Assembly: GCA_008690995.1 (NCBI GenBank)
Contig: VRMN01000001.1
Span: 496,001 to 560,000 of the forward strand
Direction of reading: 5' to 3'
Source: Porphyridium purpureum
Taxonomy: Eukaryota
Length of the DNA: 64,000 nucleotides
Made by a program: the position numbers and the translations under genes. How positions within the stretch are numbered: the stretch's first letter is position 1; every line of letters starts with the position of its first letter. Positions 10,517-22,208 of this stretch are shown piece by piece. Under the pieces are notes generated by a model, which saw nothing but the letters and a program-made list of their open reading frames with translations, made no database searches and was not told where the DNA came from.

Positions 10517-11515
10517 ATGGAGGGCACAATTGGATTTGTTGCGAGTCTAGGAAGTCTTGGCCTGGCGAATGGAGAGCGTGTTGGTTGGAATGCGCGTTGC
10601 TCGCAACGGAAAGCATGGAACGGCAACGCCTTGCGCGTGCGCAGCTTGGGTGCGCGCAGCCGTCGTGTGAGCGCGCCGAGCGCTCGATCCACAAGATCTG
10701 TAGCGTTGCCGTCGTCCTGGATGACGGCGTTTGGTGATATGGTGGATCGTGGATTTGCGCTCAACGAGGAGTTGTTCATGGTGGCGTCCAACGCGCTGGG
10801 CGGCCTGGAAGAACGCTCGGCGCACACGGAGAGGCTGTTGGGCTCCGGGGGCACGTTTGCCTTTGATGCGCTGAACATGAAGGGGTCGGTGCAGGGCTTC
10901 GTTGACCCGAAATCAAAGCTCGCGTGGGTGACGCGCGCGACGCATCTTTGCGATCTCGAGTTCAAGGTCCAAATGCTGTTCTTGGTCGCACCGATCACTT
11001 CGGTGCCGCACTGCAGCCTCATTTTTGGCTGCAACGAAACCGGCTACTTTCTCGAGCTGGACTATATTCCGCGTGAGGATCTCGTCAGCAATCCGCCCAA
11101 TTACATTGACAAATACTACGGGCCCGAGCGCCAGGCATTCGTCAAAGCGGCCACAGAGAATATGAACGTGGAAGGGGTGATCATGGGCAGCCTTTGCGTC
11201 GAAGAAACCATCATCCGATCGCCATTGCACTTGAACTTGCAGTACGGCTCGGATGACGCATCATATAGAGAGCTCGAGACGCAGTGCAAAGTACATTTAC
11301 TGCAGTGGCTTGATTTTGTCGCCTCGACTGAGGAGCTAAATCGAAGCAGGCGCGGACTCATGTTCGCCCGCGACGCAGCCATGCACAAAATGATGTTTCG
11401 CACAGAGCGAATGCGCGCCGGCTTCATGTTCAACGGAGACGAGGCCCTGGCTCAGAAGTATGCGGCCAGCCTGATAGGCCCCGGTGATGAAGCGTACACT
11501 GGTCAGGCAAGCTGA
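10517..11515 (+). CDS. Red chlorophyll catabolite reductase-like / ferredoxin-dependent bilin reductase family protein, plastid-targeted
   Basis: VPHCSLIFG...FLELDYIPREDLVSNPPNYIDKYY, IRSPLHL and HLLQWLD resemble RCCR segments (LDLPPRKDLVLHPDYL..FY); transit peptide MEGTIGFVAS. Confidence 0.7.
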   Translation: MEGTIGFVASLGSLGLANGERVGWNARCSQRKAWNGNALRVRSLGARSRRVSAPSARSTRSVALPSSWMTAFGDMVDRGFALNEELFMVASNALGGLEERSAHTERLLGSGGTFAFDALNMKGSVQGFVDPKSKLAWVTRATHLCDLEFKVQMLFLVAPITSVPHCSLIFGCNETGYFLELDYIPREDLVSNPPNYIDKYYGPERQAFVKAATENMNVEGVIMGSLCVEETIIRSPLHLNLQYGSDDASYRELETQCKVHLLQWLDFVASTEELNRSRRGLMFARDAAMHKMMFRTERMRAGFMFNGDEALAQKYAASLIGPGDEAYTGQAS

Positions 11516-11920
11516 GGTGCCCATAGGAAGTAATAGACACATCCCGGCGTGAATGTTGTTGGCCGGGCTCGAACCATGCAAGAACTCTGGCTCGATGATG
11601 GCACTGCGCAGAATAGTCAAAAAAAGAAGGAAAGAATAAGCGAGGACCGAAAACAATCCTTCGTTTCGAGCTCTGATTCCTAATTCGAAAGAGCTTTATT
11701 TTGTTCTTCCCGCATCTACCAGTCATGCTTGAGCACCCGAATTGGGCAGTAGGATGAAATAGCTTATTCAACCTCAGCACTATAGCTTTGCTCTGCATAT
11801 TCGACCATGAGACAAAGAGAAGAATCAGAAGAAAAAGCACGAGACCAATTGCGACGTGTGACTCACGGAACACATCTAGCAACCTGGTGCAAGCCACGAG
11901 CTTGACCCGCTGCTGCTCAT

Positions 11921-13339
<1,419 letters not shown>

Positions 13340-13668
13340 CTACACACCTCTACCCAGGATCCCTCGTCCCCTTCCTCCCTTCCGTCCCCTCACTACTACC
13401 CACCTGACAAGACCTCTTGTTCGTCAAGCGAAACCCAACAAGCGCATCTGCGCCGTCCTTACAACGTGGCGTTGTTTCATGATAATTCCCATCAAGCTTA
13501 TCCAATCCGGGTCTTCCTGTTTTGGGGCGGTTCCAAAAGTGCCACACGCCCCTTGCGCGCATTTCACGTCCACTCGCGCAGTTTCCGTTAAAGGCGCTAC
13601 TGCGTTAGTCTAGCTTGGACTCGTTACTTTCTATCCCACCTCCCACCCCCGCCCCTCCTCCTCCGTCT

Positions 13669-13706
13669 CCGCACTACTCCGCCGCCGCACTACTCCGCCG
13701 CCGCAC
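13669..13706. repeat. 16-bp tandem repeat CCGCACTACTCCGCCG (about 2.4 copies)
   Basis: Copies at 13669-13684 and 13685-13700 plus a partial copy. Confidence 0.85.
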
Positions 13707-13930
13707 ACGGCGTTGAAGGGAAAAAAAAACTGCCTCGTCACCGAGACAGAAAAAAAACGGCCGTTGATACTGAAACGCGCCCGAAATCAAACACGTTCCG
13801 TTACGACAGAAGGCTGACGCTGGAAGGACAGTGGCGGTCGAAAAGGTCCCGGGGGGTGACGAACCACACCCACAAGAAACTCGGCACGCACGGTATAGAA
13901 AACGACGTGGGTTACATAGCGTCGGTTCAC

Positions 13931-14126
13931 GGCTAACGGCTAACGGCTAACGGCTAACGGCTAGCGGCTAACGGCTAACGGCTAACGGCTAACGGCTGAC
14001 GGCTAACGGCTAACGGCTAACGGCTAACGGCTAACGGCTAACGGCTAACGGCTAACGGCTAACGGCTAACGGCTAACGGCTAACGGCTAACGGCTAACGG
14101 CTAACGGCTGACGGCTGACGGCTGTC
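13931..14126. repeat. Heptamer tandem array (GGCTAAC)n, 28 units
   Basis: 23 perfect units; variants GGCTAGC (unit 5), GGCTGAC (units 10, 26, 27) and GGCTGTC (unit 28); degenerate GGTTCAC at 13924-13930. Confidence 0.98.
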
Positions 14127-14493
14127 TGAAACTGATAAGCCGTTAAATCGGTAGGCCGGTAAGCTGGTATGGGGTATGGGGTGTGGGGTGTGGGTTGAGA
14201 AGGGAGACGCGTTGGCTGCGATGGATGCGTGGCGAGGCCATGGCGGCTGTCGGTAGGCAGTGCGACGTGGAAGAGTTGGACGATTCAACTTGGCATGATG
14301 GACTCGGGTGTTGGGGGTGCAGGTTTCCGAAAATTGGTTACAAATCACCGCAGGATGCTGGGTCACGGTACAGTGGGCGCTGTACGAGGATGTACAGCTT
14401 GGAGTTGGGACGGGAGGAGAGATTTCACAAGCAGGTAAATGGAGTTTGGGTGTGTGGGATTGGGATCTGGGGGAATGGGTATGCGAAGGCAGG

Positions 14494-16269
14494 ATGGAGG
14501 GGTTTGTGGGTGGTTGGGCAGCGCGGCGTGTGGTGGCGTGGCATGGAAATCGAGATAGGGGCGCAAGTGCGGCGTGTTTGGTGTCGAGATGCGCGGCGTG
14601 CGGCGTGAACGGCAGGCGGGCGCCGCGAGACACGGTGCGTGCGCAACCAGGACGTGCGCGTCGTGCAAGGACGAAGCCGGTCATGCAGGTCCAGTTTGTG
14701 GCAAGTACCGTTGTCGACAAGTCGGTGAAGGAAGCAGTCCCCACAGCAATCAGGCAGCTGGTCGAGATCGCGGAGAAACAGAGCGCCGCCAAGACATTCC
14801 GACTGGCCGCCACGCCGTGCGTGCTGATGGTGTTCGCAGCACTCGGCCCAGATCCAGCAGAATATGAGCTTCTGCTCAAGCTCCTGCGCACAAACTTGGC
14901 CGTGCGTGGGGTGCCAGAGAAGAACGTCACCGTGATCGGCTTGTCTGTCGCGGCCGTCGGCACCGACCGCGGAAAGGTGTGGCATGAACAGGCCATTCAG
15001 TTCGTTCTGCTGTCTCTGGAAGGCTCGGCTCGCGTCAAGCCTTTTGTTACGGGCTTGGCGGACGAAGAGCAGCAGACATTTGTCAATGAGCCCAGCAGAA
15101 CCATGCTCAACTTTAACCTTGATTGGCGGCCGTCGCAATGGTACGATCACTTTGATGTCTCAAACGAGCGCTACATCGGAGACCGCAAGAGCCTGAGCGC
15201 TATCAAATTTCTAGTGTGGCACCAGAAAGATTACAAATCCGCCGACCTACTCAGCTCACTTGACTTTGCCTTCCCATACAGTGTGAAACTGGGCGGCGTT
15301 GCCGCGCCGCGGCCCAGCGCACACGAAGGATTGCTGCTCTTCCAGGATCGCGTCTTTCGTTCGGGCGTGGTTGGTGTAGCCATCGACTCGCAAATTGAAT
15401 TTGATGGCGCGATTGCGCAGGGCGCGACAAAGGTTGGTCCGCTACTTCGCATCATGGATGTTTCGTACCCCAAGGCAGAGCCGGGACCGGCCGAGCCCGA
15501 AGAATCGCAGGCGGAAGCATCAGCGCTGAGTTCCAGAATCATCGACTTCTCTGCCGGTCAAACCATCATTGAGAAGGTGCAAGAGGTGAATTCCGAGAGT
15601 CTGGTCACGGGCGCGCCGCTGAATTGCCTGGAAATGTGGAAAGTGACGGGCGTCCTTGGCGGCCGCGAGGCCAAACTTACGGAAGAGTATTTGCTTGCTG
15701 GAATTGTCATAGAGCCTGCCAAGACAGTTGCAGATATAACCGGCAAGGCGGGCGAGAAGGACGAGCTGTACATCACCCGCAAGCTGATGGGCTTTGATGA
15801 AGCAACTGGCTCTCTCGCCATCAACGGTCTTGTTCGGCCCGGTCAGCTTCTGGCATTTCAAGTGCGCGACCGCGAGAAAGCAGAAAGCGAGCTCCGTAAA
15901 ATCCTAGTGCGGCTGGCGCTCGAGGCCCGCCTGAAAATGTCCCAGGGCCTCCGGCCGGTCGGCGCCCTTTTGCTCACTGACGAGGAGCGAGGCAAGTTTT
16001 TGTTCGGGCAACAAAGCCCGCACCGCGAGCTCGAACTGTATAGCGACGAATTTGGTGAGAACGTCCCGCTTTGTGGCATGGTGCTGAGCGGGCAGATTGG
16101 CCAGCTGCCGGCGCCTGGCTTCTCTAACTTTTTCCCCACGCCGGGCCCGCAGAAGGACAAGGGCCTGCAGGGTGGCCAGACCTTCTCGCACGATGTGGTC
16201 TCGGCGTACTTTGTCGTGTACGCGCCTATGACGGTCGATGCTGAATCGCAGCCAGCAACCAACGTCTAA
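14494..16269 (+). CDS. FIST-domain protein (FIST_N/FIST_C), plastid-targeted, divergent
   Basis: LDFAFPYSVKLGGVA, SGVVGVAI, IAQGATKVGP, TRKLMGFDEATGSLAINGLVRPGQLLAFQVRD, VPLCGMVLSGQIGQ; ATG at 14494 (MEGFVGGW). Confidence 0.8.
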   Translation: MEGFVGGWAARRVVAWHGNRDRGASAACLVSRCAACGVNGRRAPRDTVRAQPGRARRARTKPVMQVQFVASTVVDKSVKEAVPTAIRQLVEIAEKQSAAKTFRLAATPCVLMVFAALGPDPAEYELLLKLLRTNLAVRGVPEKNVTVIGLSVAAVGTDRGKVWHEQAIQFVLLSLEGSARVKPFVTGLADEEQQTFVNEPSRTMLNFNLDWRPSQWYDHFDVSNERYIGDRKSLSAIKFLVWHQKDYKSADLLSSLDFAFPYSVKLGGVAAPRPSAHEGLLLFQDRVFRSGVVGVAIDSQIEFDGAIAQGATKVGPLLRIMDVSYPKAEPGPAEPEESQAEASALSSRIIDFSAGQTIIEKVQEVNSESLVTGAPLNCLEMWKVTGVLGGREAKLTEEYLLAGIVIEPAKTVADITGKAGEKDELYITRKLMGFDEATGSLAINGLVRPGQLLAFQVRDREKAESELRKILVRLALEARLKMSQGLRPVGALLLTDEERGKFLFGQQSPHRELELYSDEFGENVPLCGMVLSGQIGQLPAPGFSNFFPTPGPQKDKGLQGGQTFSHDVVSAYFVVYAPMTVDAESQPATNV

Positions 16270-16580
16270 CTCTTGCGCTCTGTCCTTCGTTCGCTGCTTG
16301 CTTGGCGCCAAATGCCAAGACGCGGCTTGGAAAAACGGCACGGATTCCTTCTATTAAAATAGCACCATGTTACTATTCAAAAGTACAGTTGCTCTGAAAG
16401 TTGTTTTATGCGCGGTGCTCGGCCCAGAGTGGAGCGCAAGGTGATGACGGAAGCTTGACGGACGTCGGGGGCGGAACGCACAGACAGGCCGGGTCGGAGC
16501 GTGAAGGTCGGGCGTGTACGCGGCCGTTTCGGGAGCAGGCGGCGCGTCCCGTGCATGACACGCATAGCGCGGTGAACGCG

Positions 16581-19500
16581 ATGTACAATTACGTGGTGTC
16601 CGCGCACAAGGCGTCTGCCGTGACGCATACGGCGTACGGCCGCTTTCTGTCGCCGCATGAGAGCAGCTTGCTGATTTGTCGCGGAGGGAGCAGGATCGAA
16701 GTGTATCGCGTGGATAGGGAGGGCCTGGTGCCGGCGTTTGAGCTGCCTGTCTACGGGACTGTCGTGAGCATGGTCCTGTTTGATCCCAGTGATGGCATGA
16801 CTGACAACGCAACAACGGCTTCCGCGGCACTGGCGTCCGCCTCATCGTCCAAGAAAAAGATCGTGCAACCTGCCCAGAGGCAAATTCATCTCAACGATGA
16901 GCGACAGCAAGAGCTGGGTCAAAGAAAGCAGCAGTATTTGCTGATATTGACGTCTGAGCAGCTGCATGTGGCCATCATAAAGTGGAACGACGAAACACAG
17001 ACATGCGAGACCATGGCTTTTGGGATCATGAAGGATCGAATAGGCTCACTGACCGAGCGACCTTACCTCGTTGCGCTCGATCCCAGAGGGCGCTCTTATG
17101 CAGTGAACCTGTATGATCGTCTGGTCAAGATCATTCCGGGCGAGCTCCGCAACGAAGCCTACAACATTCGCGTCGATGCTTGCATCACCAGCATGCAATT
17201 CCTCGACGGAGAGCACTTGCTGTCATCTTCTCAACCTGCGCGCAACCCAACGCTTGCTATGCTTTATATTGATGCCGACGACACGTGCAAAGCGTCGCTC
17301 TCTGAGATTCTCGTGCAGGAAAAGGACGCTTCCGCACCCATTTGCCTGGATCTCACTTTTGATATGACGGCAAGCCGCATGGTTGCCGTGCCATATCCAC
17401 ACGAAGGGTTCCTGGTGTTTTGTGACGGCTCGATAACGTATGTGAACCGGCTCAATCGACAGCAGCCGTGGAAAGCGCAAACAAAGCATTTGCGGGTTGT
17501 CAGGTTGACGCTTTCGCCGCCAGCGATTATAAATGCGGTCGGATTTGTGGACAAGGACGGCTCGCGCATGCTCGTCGGAGATAACTTTGGCAAAATGCGC
17601 ATGCTTGTGCTGGAAAGTAGCGGCGTGGAAGAAGACGGCAGCAAAATTGTGCGATCACTTCATTTGGAAACACTAGGTACCACTTCCATAGCGTCGACAA
17701 TCACGTACTGTGATCGCGGTTTTATTTTTGTGGGCAGCACAGCCAGTGATAGTCAATTACTGCGCTTGACACCAGACAAGCATCCCGAGACGGGTAATTA
17801 CTTTGAAGTCATGGAGAGCTTCACAAACCTGGCTCCGATCGTTGACTTTTGTATCGTGGACAGAGAAAAGCAAGGTCAGAGCACCATTGTCACATGCTCC
17901 GGAATAGGCACTGGAGGCTCGTTGCGCGTGGTTCGCAATGGTATTTCGATCACAGAAGTGAGTTCTGCAGAGGCAGAGGGCATCAAGGAATTATTTGCGC
18001 TGAGAAAGGCCGAAGCCGATGCGAAATGCTCCCGCCTACTTGTGAGCTTTACAACCGTCTCCAGCGTGTACGAGCTGGCCGACGATGAAATGAGCGAGCT
18101 TGAAGTCAGTGGCTTGGACGAAGCAAGCAGCACCATCTATGCGTGTAATCTCGGCGGAGGTGATTTTTTCGTGCAAGTGACCGAGTCACGCGTGCTTTTG
18201 ATTTATTCGACAGGCGCTGGCCTTGTAGATACGTGGTTGCCGCCCAGCGGGACAACCATTTCGCTTGCTTCTGGAAATGAAAGTCAGCTGCTGCTCGCGA
18301 CGACGGGCGGCGGGCTGTACCTTCTGCAAGTAGATCCCGTATCACATGCTTTCTTGCAAGTCTCGAGTCAGCTTTTTGAGCATGATTTGTCTTGCCTGGA
18401 CGTGACGCCTCTGGATGCCAGCAAGCGCGAGGCATCTGTAGCTGTGGTTGGGCTTTGGACCGAGGTCAGCGTGCGCGTGCTCGCCCTCCCATCTCTCGAG
18501 CTTCTGCATTTGGAAAAGCTCAAAGGCGAAACTATTGCAAGATCGGTCCAGCTTGCGCACATGGACGGTGTCAATTTTGTCATTGTGGCCATTGGTGATG
18601 GATATCTAATTGCCTATCGCCTCGAGTTTGCTGCCAGTGACGGTCGAGTCGCCCTTCTTGATCAGCGAAAAATATCGCTGGGCTCGCAGCCAGCGTCGCT
18701 CAGTCTGTTTCGAGCCGGTGAGGGCGATTCGCACCACGTCTTCGCGGCGTGTGACCGCCCGACCATTATCCACACGCTGCAGGGCAGTTCCAAGATGCTG
18801 AGCTCGAACGCAAATTTGCGCGATGTGAAGCGCGTTTGCGGTTTTGATACGGAAAGCTATCCGCAATGTCTGGCGATCGCGCTGGAGAATACCTTGATGA
18901 TCGGCCGCGTGGACGAAATCCAACGGCTCCATGTGCGCTCCGTACCCCTGCACGAACAACCGCGGAGGATTTGCCACATTGAATCGGCTCATGCTTTCGC
19001 AGTCATCACGTCCCGGATCAAGCCTGTTCACACGGGCGAGCATGGCGAAGGACTCGCGTCGACGGCAGCAACAGCAGCAGATGTACCGCGGAACATGGAC
19101 ATTGATGAGGACGTCTCCGACGCGGCGGAAATGGCGGAATACAATTACCTCACCATGTTTGATGACGTTACGTTCGAACGTTTGACCGTGTTTGCGTTTG
19201 CTGCGTCAGAAATTGCGTGCTCCTTGGCCGTTGTAACCTTTCAAGACTGCACCGAGCCGTTCTTGGTAGTAGGCACAGCGTATTTACTGGAAGATGAAGA
19301 CGAACCGAGTAGGGGCCGTGTGCTAGTCTTCAGTACCCAAGCAGTCCGCGGCGGGAACAGCGCCGGTACCGGTGCCGGCCCGTCGAGCGCTGATAGCGAT
19401 CCGGCGGCTTCTTCGTCTCAACGGAGGACGCATATCAATTCGAAAGGAATGGATGTTGACACACTTCAGGCAAGCGGCAGCGGCGCGCTCGAGTTGTTGG

Positions 19501-20321
19501 CCGCAAAGGAAGTGAAAGGTGCTGTGTATAGTCTGAACGCATTTAGTGGAAAGCTGCTGGCCGGCATAAATGCCAAAGTCAGCCTGTTTAAGTGGGTGGT
19601 CACGGAAGGGGGCTCGTACACGTTGGCCGAAATGGCATCTCACTATGGTCACTCGGTTGCGCTTATCATCCGATCGCGCGGTGACTTTTTCATTGTGGGA
19701 GACTTGCAAAAGTCGATCACCTTGCTCGCGTACAAGCCAGTTCCTGGCCGAATAGAGGAAATTGCGCGCGATTATGACTGCAACTGGATGATGGCGGCAG
19801 AGATGATCGATGACGACACGTTTTTGGGTGCCGAAAACTCGACCAACTTATTTGCCTTGCACCGAAGCGGTGACTCTGCGACAGAAGAGGATCGCTCACG
19901 CCTCGATAAGGTGGGCAGATATCATCTTGGGGAACTGGTCAACTGCTTCGCACAGGGGTCGCTAGTGCGCGACTTGTACGACCAAGAGACAAGCGTCCAA
20001 TCGTGCGTGCTGTTTGGCACTGTATCCGGCACTATCGGCTTGATTGCAGGCATTTCAGCAGAGGCGTACAAGTTTTTGCACTCGGTTCAGCAAGCGATGA
20101 ACGCGGTCATTCGCGAAGGCATCGGGGCGCTCAAGCACGATGACTTTCGCAGCTTTCGCACCGAGCGTATGGAATCGCGTGCGATCAACTTCCTCGATGG
20201 TGATCTGATAGAACGGTATCTGGATCTGAGTCCGGCAACGATGGCCGAGATCGCGGCAAAGGTCGGCTGTCCTACCCAGGAACTCGTCAAGCGTATTGAG
20301 GAACTGCAGCGAATCCACTAG
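16581..20321 (+). CDS. DDB1: DNA damage-binding protein 1 (CUL4 adaptor)
   Basis: MYNYVVSAHKASAV, FTNLAPIVDFCIVDREKQGQ, GSLRVVRNGI, VFAACDRPTII, KEVKGAVYSL, NFLDGDLIERYLDL, C-terminal RIEELQRIH. Confidence 0.96.
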   Translation: MYNYVVSAHKASAVTHTAYGRFLSPHESSLLICRGGSRIEVYRVDREGLVPAFELPVYGTVVSMVLFDPSDGMTDNATTASAALASASSSKKKIVQPAQRQIHLNDERQQELGQRKQQYLLILTSEQLHVAIIKWNDETQTCETMAFGIMKDRIGSLTERPYLVALDPRGRSYAVNLYDRLVKIIPGELRNEAYNIRVDACITSMQFLDGEHLLSSSQPARNPTLAMLYIDADDTCKASLSEILVQEKDASAPICLDLTFDMTASRMVAVPYPHEGFLVFCDGSITYVNRLNRQQPWKAQTKHLRVVRLTLSPPAIINAVGFVDKDGSRMLVGDNFGKMRMLVLESSGVEEDGSKIVRSLHLETLGTTSIASTITYCDRGFIFVGSTASDSQLLRLTPDKHPETGNYFEVMESFTNLAPIVDFCIVDREKQGQSTIVTCSGIGTGGSLRVVRNGISITEVSSAEAEGIKELFALRKAEADAKCSRLLVSFTTVSSVYELADDEMSELEVSGLDEASSTIYACNLGGGDFFVQVTESRVLLIYSTGAGLVDTWLPPSGTTISLASGNESQLLLATTGGGLYLLQVDPVSHAFLQVSSQLFEHDLSCLDVTPLDASKREASVAVVGLWTEVSVRVLALPSLELLHLEKLKGETIARSVQLAHMDGVNFVIVAIGDGYLIAYRLEFAASDGRVALLDQRKISLGSQPASLSLFRAGEGDSHHVFAACDRPTIIHTLQGSSKMLSSNANLRDVKRVCGFDTESYPQCLAIALENTLMIGRVDEIQRLHVRSVPLHEQPRRICHIESAHAFAVITSRIKPVHTGEHGEGLASTAATAADVPRNMDIDEDVSDAAEMAEYNYLTMFDDVTFERLTVFAFAASEIACSLAVVTFQDCTEPFLVVGTAYLLEDEDEPSRGRVLVFSTQAVRGGNSAGTGAGPSSADSDPAASSSQRRTHINSKGMDVDTLQASGSGALELLAAKEVKGAVYSLNAFSGKLLAGINAKVSLFKWVVTEGGSYTLAEMASHYGHSVALIIRSRGDFFIVGDLQKSITLLAYKPVPGRIEEIARDYDCNWMMAAEMIDDDTFLGAENSTNLFALHRSGDSATEEDRSRLDKVGRYHLGELVNCFAQGSLVRDLYDQETSVQSCVLFGTVSGTIGLIAGISAEAYKFLHSVQQAMNAVIREGIGALKHDDFRSFRTERMESRAINFLDGDLIERYLDLSPATMAEIAAKVGCPTQELVKRIEELQRIH

Positions 20322-20631
20322 CCAGACCGAGAACGACAAAAAGTAAACTACAAAATAAAGATGATGCGCGGCCTGAGCGGACAGGGAAGCGCGCGTGTAA
20401 AAGCGGTGATATCATTTTGCGCATAAAGGTGTGTGAAAGCGCTTGTCCCGACCTAGGCCCGCGGCGGACGTTTGCCGGTCTGATCCAGCCTATCTTTCCT
20501 TTCGGAGTGAAGAGGTCCAGTCCTTGCCGAGTTGGAGCGAGCCTTCGTCCTGTTTACGAGTTGCTTCAAGCCAGGCAGTTTTGTCAGTCAGGTTCGACTT
20601 GAGTTTTAATCCGCTTCAGGTCTGCAAGGAG

Positions 20632-21975
20632 ATGGCAGCCCGTTCGGTCACCGTAATTCACGCCGGCCGTCGAGTGCCAGTGAGGCTGTACAATGGCGAC
20701 GCTGAGGGCGGCCGTGTAACATACTTTGAGTTCTTTGCCACTCTATTCAGTTTGTGTGATGTGTGGGCACCCCCATTGTATGTTGCGAGCACGCGGGCCA
20801 AACTGGCGCTCCCTGATGATGAGGATTTGCCGGTCAATCTCGCGGCGAACGAGTCGGTGTTGTACACGCTTCCACCCGCTTTAAGTCTGGCGGCTCCGAA
20901 TATAATTCTGGTGAAGCAGCCCATCGCGCTAAGTCAGCCGAGTGAGCTGCAGAAAGTGAAGCAATTTCTTGCGCGTGTGATTGACTACGCCAGAAGGACT
21001 GTGGAGTACGAGTCACCTGAGGCGCAAGATGCCGCTCGCGCGGTCATGTCATTGGATGTGTTGAAAAGCAAAGCGCAGGCACGGCTGAAAGAGTCATCCG
21101 ATGATCCGCCGTCCGATCGTAGTCCAGATCAAATAGCGACAGGCGACAACCGGCAAGAAACCAAAGCCGAGTTTCAGTGCCCGGAAGCCGCGCTGTGCCG
21201 CGAACTCCTTGTCTGGTTCAAGGACTCGTTCTTCAAGTGGTTTAATATACCTGACTGCTGGGGATGTGGCCAAGGAGCGAAAGTGGAACTGCTCGGGCTG
21301 AGCCAGCCTTCTCCAGAGGAATTGCAGAATCTTGCGTCCCGGGTGGAAAAGTATGGTTGCCGCTCATGCGGCGCATCCATGCGCTTTCCGCGATACAATC
21401 GCGCGGTCAAACTGCTTCAGACGCGCAAAGGTCGCTGCGGTGAATGGGCGCAGGCATTCACCCTGTGCGCGCGTGCGGCCGGGCTCGATGCTCGAATGGT
21501 TTACGACTGGACCGATCACGTGTGGACTGAAATCTACTCGAATCGGCTTGGACGATGGCTGCACGCTGATAGTTGTGAAAATGCGCTGGATGAGCCCTTG
21601 CTCTATTCGAAAGGATGGGGGAAAAACTTGACGTACTGCTTCGCGGTGTCTCCTTATGGTGCCGTAGATGTCACGCCTCGGTATGTGCCTACCTGGGACA
21701 CAAAGCTTTTGGCGCGGCGAACAGATATTTCGGAAGGAGCCGTTCACGGAGTTGAGGTACAGGCTAGTCTTTCTTTGCTTGATGCGCACGCCAGGCTCCT
21801 CAGTCCGGAAGCGCGCACTTGGGCTGAGTTGCGCCTCATTCACGAGTTTGAGCAAAATGAAGCCGTCAAGGCATGCTCCTTTGTGAGCAGTGACATTCCT
21901 GGCTATCTGCCGGGTCGTCAAAGCGGAAGTGCAGAGTGGATTCAGAGCCGCGGCGAAGGCGGACCACCGCAATGA
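20632..21975 (+). CDS. PNG1: Peptide:N-glycanase (transglutaminase-like)
   Basis: LLVWFKDSFFKW, CWGC and CRSC Zn sites, RFPRYN, LLQTRKGRCGEWA, DWTDHVWTE, RWLHADSCE, GRQSGSAEW. Confidence 0.94.
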   Translation: MAARSVTVIHAGRRVPVRLYNGDAEGGRVTYFEFFATLFSLCDVWAPPLYVASTRAKLALPDDEDLPVNLAANESVLYTLPPALSLAAPNIILVKQPIALSQPSELQKVKQFLARVIDYARRTVEYESPEAQDAARAVMSLDVLKSKAQARLKESSDDPPSDRSPDQIATGDNRQETKAEFQCPEAALCRELLVWFKDSFFKWFNIPDCWGCGQGAKVELLGLSQPSPEELQNLASRVEKYGCRSCGASMRFPRYNRAVKLLQTRKGRCGEWAQAFTLCARAAGLDARMVYDWTDHVWTEIYSNRLGRWLHADSCENALDEPLLYSKGWGKNLTYCFAVSPYGAVDVTPRYVPTWDTKLLARRTDISEGAVHGVEVQASLSLLDAHARLLSPEARTWAELRLIHEFEQNEAVKACSFVSSDIPGYLPGRQSGSAEWIQSRGEGGPPQ

Positions 21976-22208
21976 AGCCACCGAATGCACGCAAATTGGG
22001 AAGAAAAAATAAAGCCGGGGTCCAAGTGAACGGCCTCTGGCACGCTGCAACATGGAGACCGCGGAAAGTAAAACATGCGCCAAGGTGTCGTATAGCTGAG
22101 GCTGTAGACCAAAAGGAAATGTTGCGGTGCCGCTCACTGTCCTTATATGATAGCGGACACCAGCAACTACCGGAGAACCTACAGTAAATGTCTCACAATG
22201 ACGCTTCA

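Noticed and set aside
13931..14126. CRISPR array or coding repeat
   Set aside because: 7-bp head-to-tail units with no spacers and no cas genes; stop codons recur in every frame.
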